Of a stretch of 64,000 nucleotides of DNA, positions 1-12,712 are shown one piece after another. Each line of letters opens with the position of its first letter. The first letter of the stretch is position 1. The position numbers were made by a program, and so were the translations under genes. The notes below the pieces were generated by a model. The model had not been told where the DNA came from and ran no database searches. It saw only the letters and a list, made by a program, of their open reading frames with translations. Origin of the DNA: Octopus bimaculoides (Eukaryota). The DNA lies in NCBI RefSeq assembly GCF_001194135.2, contig NC_068988.1:66183790-66247789 (forward strand). The letters are read 5' to 3'.

Positions 1-24
1 ATATATATATATATATACATATAT

Positions 25-210
25 AGGTAAAATTTACTGGAAAACAAAAGACGAAGACAGGTTTATAAAAAATAAGCAGGTGTAATAGTCTGATGCTCGG
101 GAAGGTGAGAAAATCTTTTACGTTTCAAGCTCACGCTCTTCAACAGATAGGAACACGAGGAAATAAACAGAGAGACATTAAAAGGGACTTGTGGATTTAG
201 CGGTCAATCA
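25..210 (-). mobile_element. Second copy of the hammerhead-like short repeat
   Basis: Reverse complement of 112-150 is CTAT-CTGTTGA-A-GAGC GTGA GCTT-GAAAC-GTA-AAAGA. Flanks align with the 59895-60100 copy; abuts (TA)n at 1-24. Confidence 0.6.
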
Positions 211-1185
211 TGATGAATGGTTGAAAAAGTGTAGTTGGCCAGGAGAGCTAGGGAAGAAGGGGAGATAATAAAGTACTGGTGATCCCAAAACGAATGTGCG
301 TGTGCGTGTGTGGATGTAGATCAGGTCAAGCGTGTGTGTATTAGGATCAGGTCAAATCTTGATCTACCGAAACTATGATTAAAATGTTCCTAGCCGTGGC
401 CATCACGTCGTTTTATCCTTAACTGTATCTGGTTCTATCAATATAGACAATCTGAGTTAAACTGTACTTTTATTTCTAGCAGTTCGAGCAACTAAGGAAA
501 TGCACCTCCGTTCCACCCTGAATGTTCTTATAAGTAATATGTACGGTAAGCACATTGTCTCACATGTGACATCCGAAAGATATTGCACAGAAAAAAAATT
601 GTGTGATTTGTAATAGATTAAGCACGGTAGTAGTTGCTAGAAAAGAAACACAATCCAAATCATCTAATAGTCTTGACTAATTAAATAAAACAGAATTGCC
701 AATAAAGACGCTCTATTTCCTCTAGATTTATATCTTTCTATTTGCCGTCGATATATTAGCCAACTTTATAACTGTACTTCATCTAAAAGCAGAGGTAATT
801 CTCCAGTTTCGTTTATTTTTTATTTCCTGACTGTCTTATGAGAAAGAAATAACTAAATGCTATCATTTTTTTTATCTTTGCAAGATAATTTAGGCAGTGA
901 CATGTCTTCGCAATATAGGTTAAACGGCGTTTATACACACTATATATTATATACAAAAGTTCTCAGCATTATAGTCTGCCCCTTCCTCGGTTATTACAAA
1001 GAGAAATATTCTGTGCAATTAAATTAAGAATGAATTTTCTACTCAGATTTTCCAAAGACAGGTCGTATTAAATATTATAATCACCACTCAAAGAGAAAGA
1101 AAGCCATTAGATGGTAAATGTGAAAAACTGTTTTCAAAAACATGAAACCAAGTTTCAGAAACTGAGGGTAATATAAATATACATG

Positions 1186-1236
<51 letters not shown>

Positions 1237-2130
1237 GCGTGCATGAGTGTGTGTGCGTGCGCGTGCAGGCGTGTGTACTGGATGATCATAAATTATCTAT
1301 ACAATTTCCACGATAAAGTGAACCTATTGAATTTGAGTTCTATCAATGTATTACGTGCAACCAATTTATCCCAGGTAGAAGTGTTCTGGAGTTATCCGTA
1401 TGTTTCATTATTCTCTGAAATTGTGAACATAATNNNNNNNNNNNNNNNNNNNNNNNNNNNNNNNNNNNNNNNNNNNNNNNNNNNNNNNNNNNNNNNNNNN
1501 NNNNNNNNNNNNNNNNNNNNNNNNNNNNNNNNNNNNNNNNNNNNNNNNNNNNNNNNNNNNNNNNNNNNNNNNNNNNNNNNNNNNNNNNNNNNNNNNNNNN
1601 NNNNNNNNNNNNNNNNNNNNNNNNNNNNNNNNNNNNNNNNNNNNNNNNNNNNNNNNNNNNNNNNNNNNNNNNNNNNNNNNNNNNNNNNNNNNNNNNNNNN
1701 NNNNNNNNNNNNNNNNNNNNNNNNNNNNNNNNNNNNNNNNNNNNNNNNNNNNNNNNNNNNNNNNNNNNNNNNNNNNNNNNNNNNNNNNNNNNNNNNNNNN
1801 NNNNNNNNNNNNNNNNNNNNNNNNNNNNNNNNNNNNNNNNNNNATATATACACACACACATATATAAGATATTCACCATCGTTGTTTCAACCTCTACTTT
1901 TCTGTGCTCGCATATTCGGGCAGAATTATCTTGAGGCCGATTTGTTACGTACTTCCTTCCTCACGCCAACACACACCTGTTTCGAAGTAAGGTAATATTT
2001 CCCCATGATCAAACATGTTTACAGTTGTCATGCGATATCTAGACAAGAGTAACACAAACACACGCACACAACTAGACGTGCTCCCGCACACAGAGTCACA
2101 CACAGTCACACACACACCCATATATACAAT

Positions 2131-2470
2131 AGGCGTGTTTCGATTTCCGTCTGTCATATCCACTCAGGAAGTTTTGCTTGGGCACGGGCTTTAGTAGTAG
2201 ACTCCTGGCCAAGCTTACACGCAGTGGGACTGAACATAGTACCAAGTAGTTGGAAAGGAATCTTCTTACCAATCAGCCACGCCTGCACTTCATAAATAGA
2301 TAGATGTAGATGTAGGTGTGGTTGTGTGGTAAGAAGTTTGCTTTCCAACTACTTCGTACTAGTTTCAATCCCACTGCGTGGCACTGGCCAAGCATTTTCT
2401 AATATAACCTGAGGACCGATCAGAGCTTTGTTAGTGGATATGGTAGACGGAAATCGAAACAAACCAATTG
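2131..2470. mobile_element. Two SINE family B 5' halves arranged head-to-head
   Basis: 2131-2288 is (-) and 2312-2470 is (+). Both contain the head plus the GTAGACGGAAA core, separated by ~23 bp. Confidence 0.75.
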
Positions 2471-2842
2471 TGTGTCTGTGTGTGTAAACACACTATTTTT
2501 TTTATTTGTTTTGTTTTGGAAACGTCGAATGTGTATCGTATCATACAGATAAGAAAGTAATATTTTGAACGAAGTATAGCTGTGGGAACAGCTATATTGG
2601 TTATTTGGGTATTTTACCCTTACATAACAGAAACAGTTGTTAGCAGACATGCGCCTGCGTGCGCTCGCGTGTGTCTTTGAGAAATTTGAGGTATATAGCA
2701 GTACGTTGGTTGATGTTTTAGAATTCTTGCATGCAACCTCAATTTCGAGACGAGATAAAGCGTTAGTGTCGTTTAGAGCTCAGTCAAGCCGTATTTAGAA
2801 AATACATGAGTAAGAATGTTCCAATATTTTCTTAGACACCAA

Positions 2843-3545
2843 GTCGGCGAGCTGGTAGAGATATTAGCACGCCGGGCGAAATGCTTAGCGGTATTTCGTC
2901 TCTCTTTAAGTACCACTTAAAATTAAGTACCACTTGCTTACTGGGGTCGATCTGATCGACTGGTCGCTACTCCCCCAAAATTTCGGCCCTTGTGCCTAGA
3001 GTAGAAAAGAATATTTTCTTAAACCCTAAGGCGGCGAGCTGGCGGACACATTAGCACACCGGGCGAAATGCTTAGCGTTATTTTGTCTCTCTTTATGTTC
3101 TGAGTTCAACTCCGCCGAGGTCGACTTTGCCTTTCATCCTTTCGGCGTTGATAAATTAGGTACCAGTTGCGTACTTGAGGTCGATCTAATCGACTGGCGC
3201 CCTCCCCCAAAATTTCGGGCCTTGTACCTAGTGTAAAAAAGGATATTTTTTAAAACCTGTAATTATGTTATCCCTCAATAACCGTCTCCGTTTTCAAAAG
3301 TAGAACAATATTTCAGTGATATTTGTAAGGTGGCAAGTTTAGGAGAATCATTAGCACGCTGGGCTAAATGCTTAGCAGTATTTCGTCAGTCTTAATGTTC
3401 TGAGCTCAAATACCGCCGAGAATGGCTTAGACCTTTAATCCTTTCGGGGCCAATAAAATAAGTATCACTTGAGCAATGGGGTCAATGTAATCGATTTGCA
3501 CCCCTTCCTCTGACATCTCAGGCCTTATATCAAAATTTGAAATCA
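2843..3545 (+). mobile_element. Three head-to-tail copies of a tRNA-derived SINE with a Deu/Nin-like central domain (SINE family A)
   Basis: Copies at ~2843-3011 (internally deleted), ~3030-3243 and ~3328-3545 share GGCGGCGAGCTGG...TTAGCAC.CCGGGCGAAATGCTTAGCG...CCTTTCATCCTTTCGG.GT.GATAAA.TA.GTACCAG. The third copy is flanked by CAATATTTCAGTGATATT / CAATATTTCACTGATATT (TSD). Confidence 0.85.
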
Positions 3546-6154
3546 ATATTTCACTGATATTCAGGTGTTATTTGTAGGAGGTGCAGAGCAGCAAGTGGAG
3601 TCACTGAATAAAAATCAACCTTCCTTGAATTGTTTAACAAGAGCTTAACGAAGTATAATTTGGATATAAAGAACTCTGGGCTCCATTTGAACCAATCTAA
3701 GATTTCTATAAAATAGAAAAACAAATATCAGCAGGGAGGCCACAAATTTGGTTCTATGCGATTCCATTCCTATATTGTTGCTAGTGTGCCTGTTCCTAGG
3801 AACGGTCAAGTCTTTAAGGCAATATTTGCTAATATCTGCACGTCTTATTTCTTCTTACACAACACAGATTACATGTTAGGCTTTAATGCTGTTGCATGTG
3901 ATTGTATTATCTTCTACGCTGCATTAACGTTGCTCACTTCAAGGCTTTTGGAAGAGTCAAGATTACACGAGAGGAAATTTCTTACAAGGTTGATAAAGTA
4001 AACTATTGAAGTAATGGAATCCTTATAATAGATTGTTCCATGCCCTCAATTTTGTGGTTCTGTGAATATGATAGAATTCAACATTACCTGAAGATTATCT
4101 TACGGCATTTTGCCGGAATTATTTGGTTAAGAATAACAATAAGTCCTGGGGTCGATTTGCTCGACTCAAGGCGGTGCTCCACCATGGCCGCAGTCAAATG
4201 ACTGACACAAGTAAAAGAGTAAAGGAGTTACGGAGCATTAATTCTGTGTTCAAATTCCTCTGAGGTTGATTGGAATTTATTTTATCGACATCATAATTCG
4301 ATAAAACAGGTGCTATTGTACAGCGTTGACATAATCGAACTCCCTATCTCATGCATCAGTTAAATAAATATCAATCAACGTGTTCGCCCTTTGAAGGATA
4401 CTTTGGGTCACCAAAATGTCAGCAAGTAATGACGTTTATCTGTACCAGGAAATAGTAGTTTGAAGGTTTTGCGTTTGGAAAATAGATACAGCTTGTGTAA
4501 TACAGACAAATAAATGCAGCGTAGTTATTGCTGGAAGATATATACGGCTTGTTTATTACAGACTGAGAGACACAGTTTGTTATTACAGACAAATAGCAAC
4601 AGCTTGTACACCCCCCATGCACCCCCATACACGCCATACACCCCATATACCCCCATACACCCCACCAATTCTTCCATAAGCATAAAATGATATAACTAAT
4701 CATATTCCATCTGCTGGAAAGGACAGCCGCACCTCACAAATTACATCCCATTGTCGTAAAGAACATCTACATTGAGTATTTCAGTCTTAGATATCGCACA
4801 AAACAAAAAAGCATAATCGCAGGCTGGTTATAGCTGGTCATAACTCCCCTCTTTTAGGACCGCAGAATAAAACAACGAGGTAGTATTATAATAGCTGCAT
4901 GTACAATTTTAAGATTTACAGAGTATCTTAATGCAGGTGATATATACGTGTATAATAAAGTTTATGGTCAATTGAAAGATATAAAATAGATAAAGTGAAA
5001 CAATGTGGACCTGAAGCTGCAGGAAGTGCAGATGAATAAACTCTAGTTACATCCATAAAAACTATATGTATTCACATCAACAAATAACCTCTTTGTGTCC
5101 AATATATTTTGCTTATATTATCTTTTCTCTATAAACATTTTACTTCAGATGTATAATCATTTATACATCAAGCATTTATAAATATAGAATAAAATTAAAG
5201 AGCATTGACACAGCATAGCTATTTATGTTACTTATGCATGAATCAACGTAACTATTATTTATTGCACCAAGTAGACCCACAGAAAAAATACGAAATTATT
5301 ATTTTTCTTTAACTTTCTTAAGACGTTACGCAATTTTCGAACATACATTCATTGAAAATAAAAAAGTAACACATTTAGTAAATGTTGAATTTAGGCTCTA
5401 TGTATTAAATTACCGCACCACTTACAACATTTGAAATTTATAATTTGAAATGTTATTATTTTGTTTGTTTTGATGTTAGATGTGTTAAACGACATCAAAC
5501 TACGCAGAGGAAACATGAAACTTAACTTTCATATGAAACAACTTTTCTTTATGTCTTGTGTTTAGTGTTCATGTTGAATTTATCACTAGAATGCTCTCTT
5601 AGTTTCATATTAAATGAAGTTACTATTCATGCATACAAACACATATAAAACACAGGAATACATACATACACATACCCTATACATATGTACATACCCCCCA
5701 CACGTATACACACACACGCACACACACACACTCAAACAGATTGGTATACACATACATATTTATATCTATATACACATATACTTGCATGTATGCGTATATG
5801 TACGTTTCTATGTAAATCATTTAAATAAATAACTCGGAGCTAATCTCAGTATAGTTCTTTGTGCATAAAGAGAAGAAAAGATCAAATTTACAGTAATTCT
5901 ACATGAAATGTATAGACACAGCTAAAGCGAAGAAACACAAGTATTTAAAATAAATTGACATATTAAAAGAATTTATTTAGAATAGTACCCAGTGTTTGTC
6001 ACAGAGCTAATCTCGCAGTAATGTTTAGTGTTGTAATCACGTGATCAGTGCGTACAGTATGATGTGTGCGGCTCTTTTGTTGGGCGCCTGTCTTTCATTG
6101 AGCATTCTATAGAAATTAGCTCTCACAAAGGCGCATATTTATCATAAGTTTGAC

Positions 6155-6288
6155 ATTTGGTTTCAAATTTTAGCACAAGCCAGCAATTTCGGGGAGTGGG
6201 TTAGTCGATTGCATTGACCCTAGTGCTCAACTGGTATTCATTTTCGACCCTTAAATGATGAAAGGCTAAGCCTCCCTCGGTGAAATAT
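6155..6288 (-). mobile_element. SINE family A, degenerate 3' part
   Basis: Reverse complement of the family A central and tail region (GCACAAGCC.GCAATTTCGGGGAG...GTCGATT.CATTGACCC.AGTGCTCAACTGG). Confidence 0.65.
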
Positions 6289-6301
6289 TTAACATACATA
6301 T

Positions 6302-6692
6302 AGGCACAGGCATGGCTGTGAGGTAAGAAGTTTGCTCCCCAACCACTTGGTTCCGCGGTTAGTACCACTGTCTGGTACCTTGGTCAGGTGTCTTCTACGA
6401 TAGCTTCGGGCCGACCAAAGCTTTGTGAGTGGATGTGCTGGTCGGAAACTGAAAGAAGCCCGTTGTATATATATATATGTATATATTTGTGTAATTGTAT
6501 CTGTTTGTCCCCGCACCATCGCTTGACAATCGATGTTGGTGTGTTTACGTCGCCGTAACTTAACGGTTCAGCAAAAGAGACCGATAGAATAAGTACTAGC
6601 CTTACAAATAATAAGTCCAGGGGTCGATTTCTTCGACTAAAAGGGAGTATTCCTGCACGGCAGCAATCAAATGACTGAAATAAGTAAAAGAA
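6302..6692 (+). mobile_element. tRNA-derived SINE with a Meta-like domain and an internal (TA)/(TG) microsatellite (SINE family B), full length
   Basis: Head GGC.CAGG.ATGGCTGTG.GGTAAGAAG; core GTGTCTTCTAC.ATAGC.TCGGGCCGACCAAAGC.TTGTGAGTGGAT...GGAAACTGAAAGAAGCCCGT; internal microsatellite; tail GGGGTCGATT...CAAATGACTGAAA.AAGTAAAAGA. The Meta-domain assignment is from memory. Confidence 0.85.
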
Positions 6693-6693
6693 T

Positions 6694-6870
6694 TGGTTTC
6701 AAATTCTGGGAGAGAGGGTAAATCAATTACATCGTCCCCAGCGCTCAACTAATATTTAATTTATTGACCCCGAAAGGATGACATCCAAAGTCTATTTCGG
6801 TGGAATTTGAATTCAGAAAGTGAAGTCTGACGAAAAGCCTTTGACCATTTTGCCTCAATTTGCTAACATA
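6694..6870 (-). mobile_element. SINE family A copy
   Basis: ...ATTGACCCCGAAAGGATGA...GGAATTTGAATTCAGAA... is the reverse complement of family A. Confidence 0.7.
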
Positions 6871-7009
6871 AATGAGGAAAGCAATGCAAAAACGGATAGG
6901 TTAATTGTTAGGACTGCTAACATAGCAAATAAATATAACGCGATTTACTCGGAAGAAAAAGTATACAAGCAGAGCATATCTGGTAAGTAAACAAAGAATG
7001 CTCCTAAAA

Positions 7010-7420
7010 ATAAAACCTGTTATTGTGCCAGCCAGGGAAGATCAATGACTAAGAAAGGATTTTTGCAGAGAAAATGGGGGCATATACGGGTGTAAGGTAA
7101 CAACGAAGGGAAAGGTTTACTGCTATATAAGTTCTACTGAAAATTATATAAAAGAAAGATAGCGAACCATGATAGCGAAACACCTTTAGGGAGGGGCGAA
7201 AAGAAGCTAGCACAAGTCTTAGTAAGCTAATTTGGGCGATTAAGGATAAAAAAAAATTGTTTTAAGGGAATATACACTTAAGTGAGAAATAATTAGACTG
7301 AAAAAATCTAATAGCATTGGGAACAAAAATGTGAACACTGTGTACAGTTCTCGCATCAAAACACAAAGTATTAAACAAGTGAGAAAGAGGTTTTATTGCG
7401 TGCATAGGGTTAAATATCCA
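7010..7420 (+). mobile_element. Penelope-like element GIY-YIG endonuclease fossil (ORF C-terminus)
   Basis: KTCYC at ~7015. From 7082: IYGCKVTTKGKVYCYISSTENYIKER* (GIY...YIG.T...FK.R). After a frameshift: ASTSLSKLIWAIKDK, then degenerate KC.LC and LNK.E...C motifs typical of Penelope/Poseidon C-termini. Confidence 0.8.
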
Positions 7421-8070
7421 TTTAATAAATTTAAATAAATTGAAATGAATATAATTAAATAGAAACTGAGTGAATAATACAATTATGCATAATAATTCTT
7501 AAAGATAAATACACTTTCGTTGATTTTAAATAGATTTATTTAAAGAATTAAATACCAGGTATATACTACCTAAGAATCGTGCGACTTCAGTATTAACTAA
7601 ATTGATAAATAATGTAGGAATCCAAACCATTAACTAGTATCTCGAAATAAATTGTACTTTTAATAAGAGGTGAAGGTAATTTTTGTCTATTCATATAGTT
7701 AAAAAAATTATATCTCTATTTATTGAATTTAAATAAATTTAATCTAAATAAACACTGTATATACAATGCAATATCTAAATTCCTAAAGTTAAATATACTT
7801 TTATTGTAATCAAAAATTAGGGAAAAATTAGGGAAAAATAAAAACTGTGTACATAGTAAATAAAAATCATACATTTATCCCATTAATTGAATAGACAAGT
7901 ATAAGTAAATGCCCAAACAATCAAGTAATATATCTAAATATATAATCTATATTAGCAACAAATAGTATAACATTTTACTATAAGAATAAACAAGAAAAAA
8001 TTAGTAAAAGGTAGCAAATAAGTACATACCTAGATTTATATCGTTACCAATAGATAAGAACAATTAAATA

Positions 8071-8299
8071 TTGTGTTGTCCGGAAAGTTCGTGCCGATTC
8101 TTAAAGGAAAGAAAAAGGTCAATAAATACTTGCCATTACATTTTTAATCAACCAAATATGAACCATTTTGTTGGACAATGCGTCTCTATCTTTCGTTTAA
8201 CTTGAATATACCCCCTTTCCCAGAATTGAGGTGGTTCCATGGCAAATAAGTCGAAAGGTAAGCTACTATAAATCGACACGAACTTTTCGGACAACCCAA
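8071..8299 (-). mobile_element. mariner-derived MITE with ~29-bp TIRs and TA target duplication
   Basis: Left end TA|TTGTGTTGTCCGGAAAGTTCGTGCCGATT; the right end reverse-complements to TA|TTGGGTTGTCCGAAAAGTTCGTGTCGATT. The interior (-) encodes ER.RRIVQQNGSYLVD*, a mariner C-terminus. Confidence 0.85.
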
Positions 8300-8747
8300 T
8301 ACATAGTACAAGTGTTAAATGGAGGGGGGGGGTCTATATACCTATAAAGTTAACGAAGAGATAATGATAAATAACCAGCTTGTAAAATGTTGGTTTGCAC
8401 CAATAAAAGGGTTGATAGTAACATGATCTAGTTCTTCTGAACTATACCTATCCAGTGGTGTCAAAATCAGCCTCTAGCTATTTTAGAACGGAATCCATGA
8501 CGCACAGACCACAGTATAATTGAAGTCACCTCTCTGCCCCTTAGGATATATAAAATAACGACCAAGTTTTACTTCGATAAACTCTTGCTTTGAAGATTTT
8601 TACTTTCTCAAATTCAAAATGCAATTTAGTTGCATATATATCGATTGAAGCCGTTAAAACCGAAACGCGCGTAGGCAACACCAATTGTCTATTATTATGA
8701 TAAATCTATTGATTATTCTGAGTACACATTCTCCCTTTTCTTTGCAC

Positions 8748-8798
<51 letters not shown>

Positions 8799-8801
8799 GT
8801 G

Positions 8802-8846
<45 letters not shown>

Positions 8847-9035
8847 NNNNNNNNNNNNNNNNNNNNNNNNNNNNNNNNNNNNNNNNNNNNNNNNNNNNNN
8901 NNNNNNNNNNNNNNNNNNNNNNNNNNNNNNNNNNNNNNNNNNNNNNNNNNNNNNNNNNNNNNNNNNNNNNNNNNNNNNNNNNNNNNNNNNNNNNNNNNNN
9001 NNNNNNNNNNNNNNNNNNNNNNNNNNNNNNNNNNN

Positions 9036-9073
<38 letters not shown>

Positions 9074-9872
9074 TTAAATATATATATACACACATGTGTG
9101 TATATATATATATATATATATATGAACATAGATGCGTATATGAGTGGGTAGGTGTGTATGACATTGAAGAATAATCGATTTGTTTTCCTCGCATCAAATC
9201 GACATATCCAATTTTAAAATGCTGGCTTGACGCTTTTCAAAACTGTGACGGAGGATTTGTTGCCATAGAAATTTCACCTTAATACACTGAAAAAAAATCG
9301 ATGGGAACTTAAAAGCTTCATTAGAATTATATTGGTGGCATGTGGTAGAGACTAATACAATGACGTAAAGGAATACGATTGATGCGACGGTCATCTGTTA
9401 ACGATTGAGAGAATCATTAATACACGTGCATTCAGATGTGACTGTGAGATAAGATAGGAGCTAACTACTCCCTATATACAGACATTCATACACACACATA
9501 CTCATATGTGTTGATGTGTGTGCACGGACGTGGTCTACTGGTTAGAGCGTTCCATTCCCGGACCGGAAGTGGGTGGTGCGTTGTATTCTTAATGAAGAGG
9601 TTTCATCTGATATTGCCTTTCAATAACATTGATATCTGATGTGCAACACCAGTACAGGCAATGCACACTCGATGGACGGTGTGAGCTAATGTACAGTATG
9701 CACACACACACATGCACACTCACAAACACATACAAACACACACATACATACATGTGTGCGTGTGTGTGTATGTATATATTTATGGATGCATTATACTCCC
9801 ACACACAAACGTGTATATATAGATAGTCAGATAGGTAGACAGAAAGACAGGCAGATAGATATATATAGATCA

Positions 9873-9935
<63 letters not shown>

Positions 9936-10025
9936 TAGATAGATAGATTGATTGATATTGTGTATTATACCGTCATTTTGGACAAATGAATATATAACAG
10001 TCAGTATTAAAGTCATCAGAAGATA

Positions 10026-10219
10026 ACGAGCAGGCAGAATCGTTAGCACTCCAGGTGAAATGCTTAGCGGCTACGTTCTATTTTTGAGTTTAAATTCTGC
10101 CGATATCGACTATACTTTTCATCTTTTCGGGGCCAATAAAATAAGTACCAATTTAATACTAGGATCGACTAGCCTCTACTCCCAAATTTCAAGCCTTGTG
10201 CCTATAGTAGAAAACAATA
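10026..10219 (+). mobile_element. SINE family A copy
   Basis: CAGAATCGTTAGCACTCCAGGTGAAATGCTTAGCGG...CATCTTTTCGGGGCCAATAAAATAAGTACC...TTGTGCCTATAGTAGAAA. Confidence 0.8.
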
Positions 10220-10294
10220 TTATAGCCACAAATTTCCATGTCCTTGAGTATACATAAATACATACATACATACATACATGCATACATACATACA

Positions 10295-10327
<33 letters not shown>

Positions 10328-10773
10328 GGGGCGCTGAGATATGTAACACAGTGCCTAAGTACCAATCTTGAGAAATTAAGCCTGTCAATCCAGAAAAAGA
10401 GAGCTAATTCGAAGACTACACATCCGAGCCATTACTGGAATTGGAAAAATTTGTAAAACTTTCCAGATGTTTAATATTTAAGTACATATGCGCATATCGT
10501 GGCATGAAGCTATATACATGAGAACACAAAATACATTGCAGATATACGCACATACTTGCAATAATATTCTGCTGATGTTGAAATTATAACGCAAGAGACT
10601 TGCATCCACATTACAAACAAGCACTTTCTCTATTGCCAGAAAATCTTGAAGTAAACTGAATGATAACATACATACATACTTACAACTCGTTGAAGTTTAC
10701 TGTGAATATACAATTTGTTTTGCACATTTATTGAATCATTTATTCCATTAAGGATCTTTTGTTAACCATTTGC

Positions 10774-10841
<68 letters not shown>

Positions 10842-12712
10842 GTCTATCTATCCATCTACCTATCTGTCTAATCTATCTAGCTCTTTGTATGTACGTGTAT
10901 GTATGTATATATATATATATATACATACATATATATANNNNNNNNNNNNNNNNNNNNNNNNNNNNNNNNNNNNNNNNNNNNNNNNNNNNNNNNNNNNNNN
11001 NNNNNNNNNNNNNNNNNNNNNNNNNNNNNNNNNNNNNNNNNNNNNNNNNNNNNNNNNNNNNNNNNNNNNNNNNNNNNNNNNNNNNNNNNNNNNNNNNNNN
11101 NNNNNNNNNNNNNNNNNNNNNNNNNNNNNNNNNNNNNNNNNNNNNNNNNNNNNNNNNNNNNNNNNNNNNNNNNNNNNNNNNNNNNNNNNNNNNNNNNNNN
11201 NNNNNNNNNNNNNNNNNNNNNNNNNNNNNNNNNNNNNNNNNNNNNNNNNNNNNNNNNNNNNNNNNNNNNNNNNNNNNNNNNNNNNNNNNNNNNNNNNNNN
11301 NNNNNNNNNNNNNNNNNNNNNNNNNNNNNNNNNNNNNNNNNNNNNNNNNNNNNNNNNNNNNNNNNNNNNNNNNNNNNNNNNNNNNNNNNNNNNNNNNNNN
11401 NNNNNNNNNNNNNNNNNNNNNNNNNNNNNNNNNNNNNNNNNNNNNNNNNNNNNNNNNNNNNNNNNNNNNNNNNNNNNNNNNNNNNNNNNNNNNNNNNNNN
11501 NNNNNNNNNNNNNNNNNNNNNNNNNNNNNNNNNNNNNNNNNNNNNNNNNNNNNNNNNNNNNTATATACAAGATCATGAAAAGTTCCTTGCTTTAAGGGTG
11601 CCTCGAAAGGCCTAGTTAGAAGCCCAACATTATGAGTTCTTTTACAGGTCCTAGAAAAACTGAAGCATCGTTGAAATGAGTATGAATAAAATCATAATTA
11701 ACCGACCGTCCTATATTTCATTTTACCAAATTCCAGAAACTTTTCAGTGTGACCTCGTATACAATTCACTAGGCAGTCGGTATATAATATTCTTCAGGTC
11801 GACGTATACATTTTTGCAACAAACGTTATGATATCTAGCCAATCCAGTAGTTGATTTGTGCTACGCCACATTTTGAGATATAAGAGAAAATCCAAAATTT
11901 GTTGAATAAAAAATTGTTACGTAAAAATATCTGTTCGCGAACGAGAACGTAACACACAGATTTTAAGCAATATATTTTCCCTATAGTATTATTACTTTTG
12001 AAACATTTAACAGTTAGTTAGCCGCCTTCATGAAAAGGGGAGACTTAATATGGGCTAAAGGTGTTTCTAAATAATATGAACGTGATCAGACCATTTTTGC
12101 CTGAAACTAGTCGACTCATATTAGCTGTACTACTTTCTCACACAAGTAATTGAATTCACCTACTATTGCTTTATTGGCATTTTTCTCCGTCTTTGGATCT
12201 TATTGGTATTTTGCAAAAATTTAGTTTTTGTCAATGTATGTTTTTTCTGTCTTTGTTGTAGAGATTAAACATTCGGCAAAAGAAAAAAAGACAAGTCTCA
12301 ATAGTAATTATTTCTTGGTCTGTAATAGGCGTCTTTTTTATTTTTTTTTGTAAAGAAATGAAAAAGAATGGACATGTTGGGAGAGTGCGGGTGCAGGTAT
12401 AACATTCGTAATTAATTGAAGCTGGAAAAGTATAGGAGAAAAAATGGAAGCTTAAAAATACTGCGTTTGAAGTTTAACTGAAATGAAATAAATAACCATA
12501 TGAAGTTATATGCTGGTTATCAAGAGACCAATCTATGTCCAGAAGAAAACACTAGATATATATGTACGTAATTTAAATCCTATATATCTATCTGCGTGTT
12601 TCTCTATATATACATGCACACACATACGCACATATATGAGTGAGTAGAGAAACAACAGAAAAGGGTACTCACCACATTTAGTAGGACTTACATGTGTTAT
12701 TTAAAAGAATTT

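Noticed and set aside
2843-3545. Regularly repeated ~200-bp units as a CRISPR-like or satellite array
   Set aside because: The units are dispersed SINE copies found throughout the window; there is no repeat-spacer architecture and no cas genes.
3580-4060. 81-aa ORF 3756-4001 in non-repetitive sequence
   Set aside because: No family motif recognised; the length is within chance expectation. Possibly decayed LINE but unsupported.
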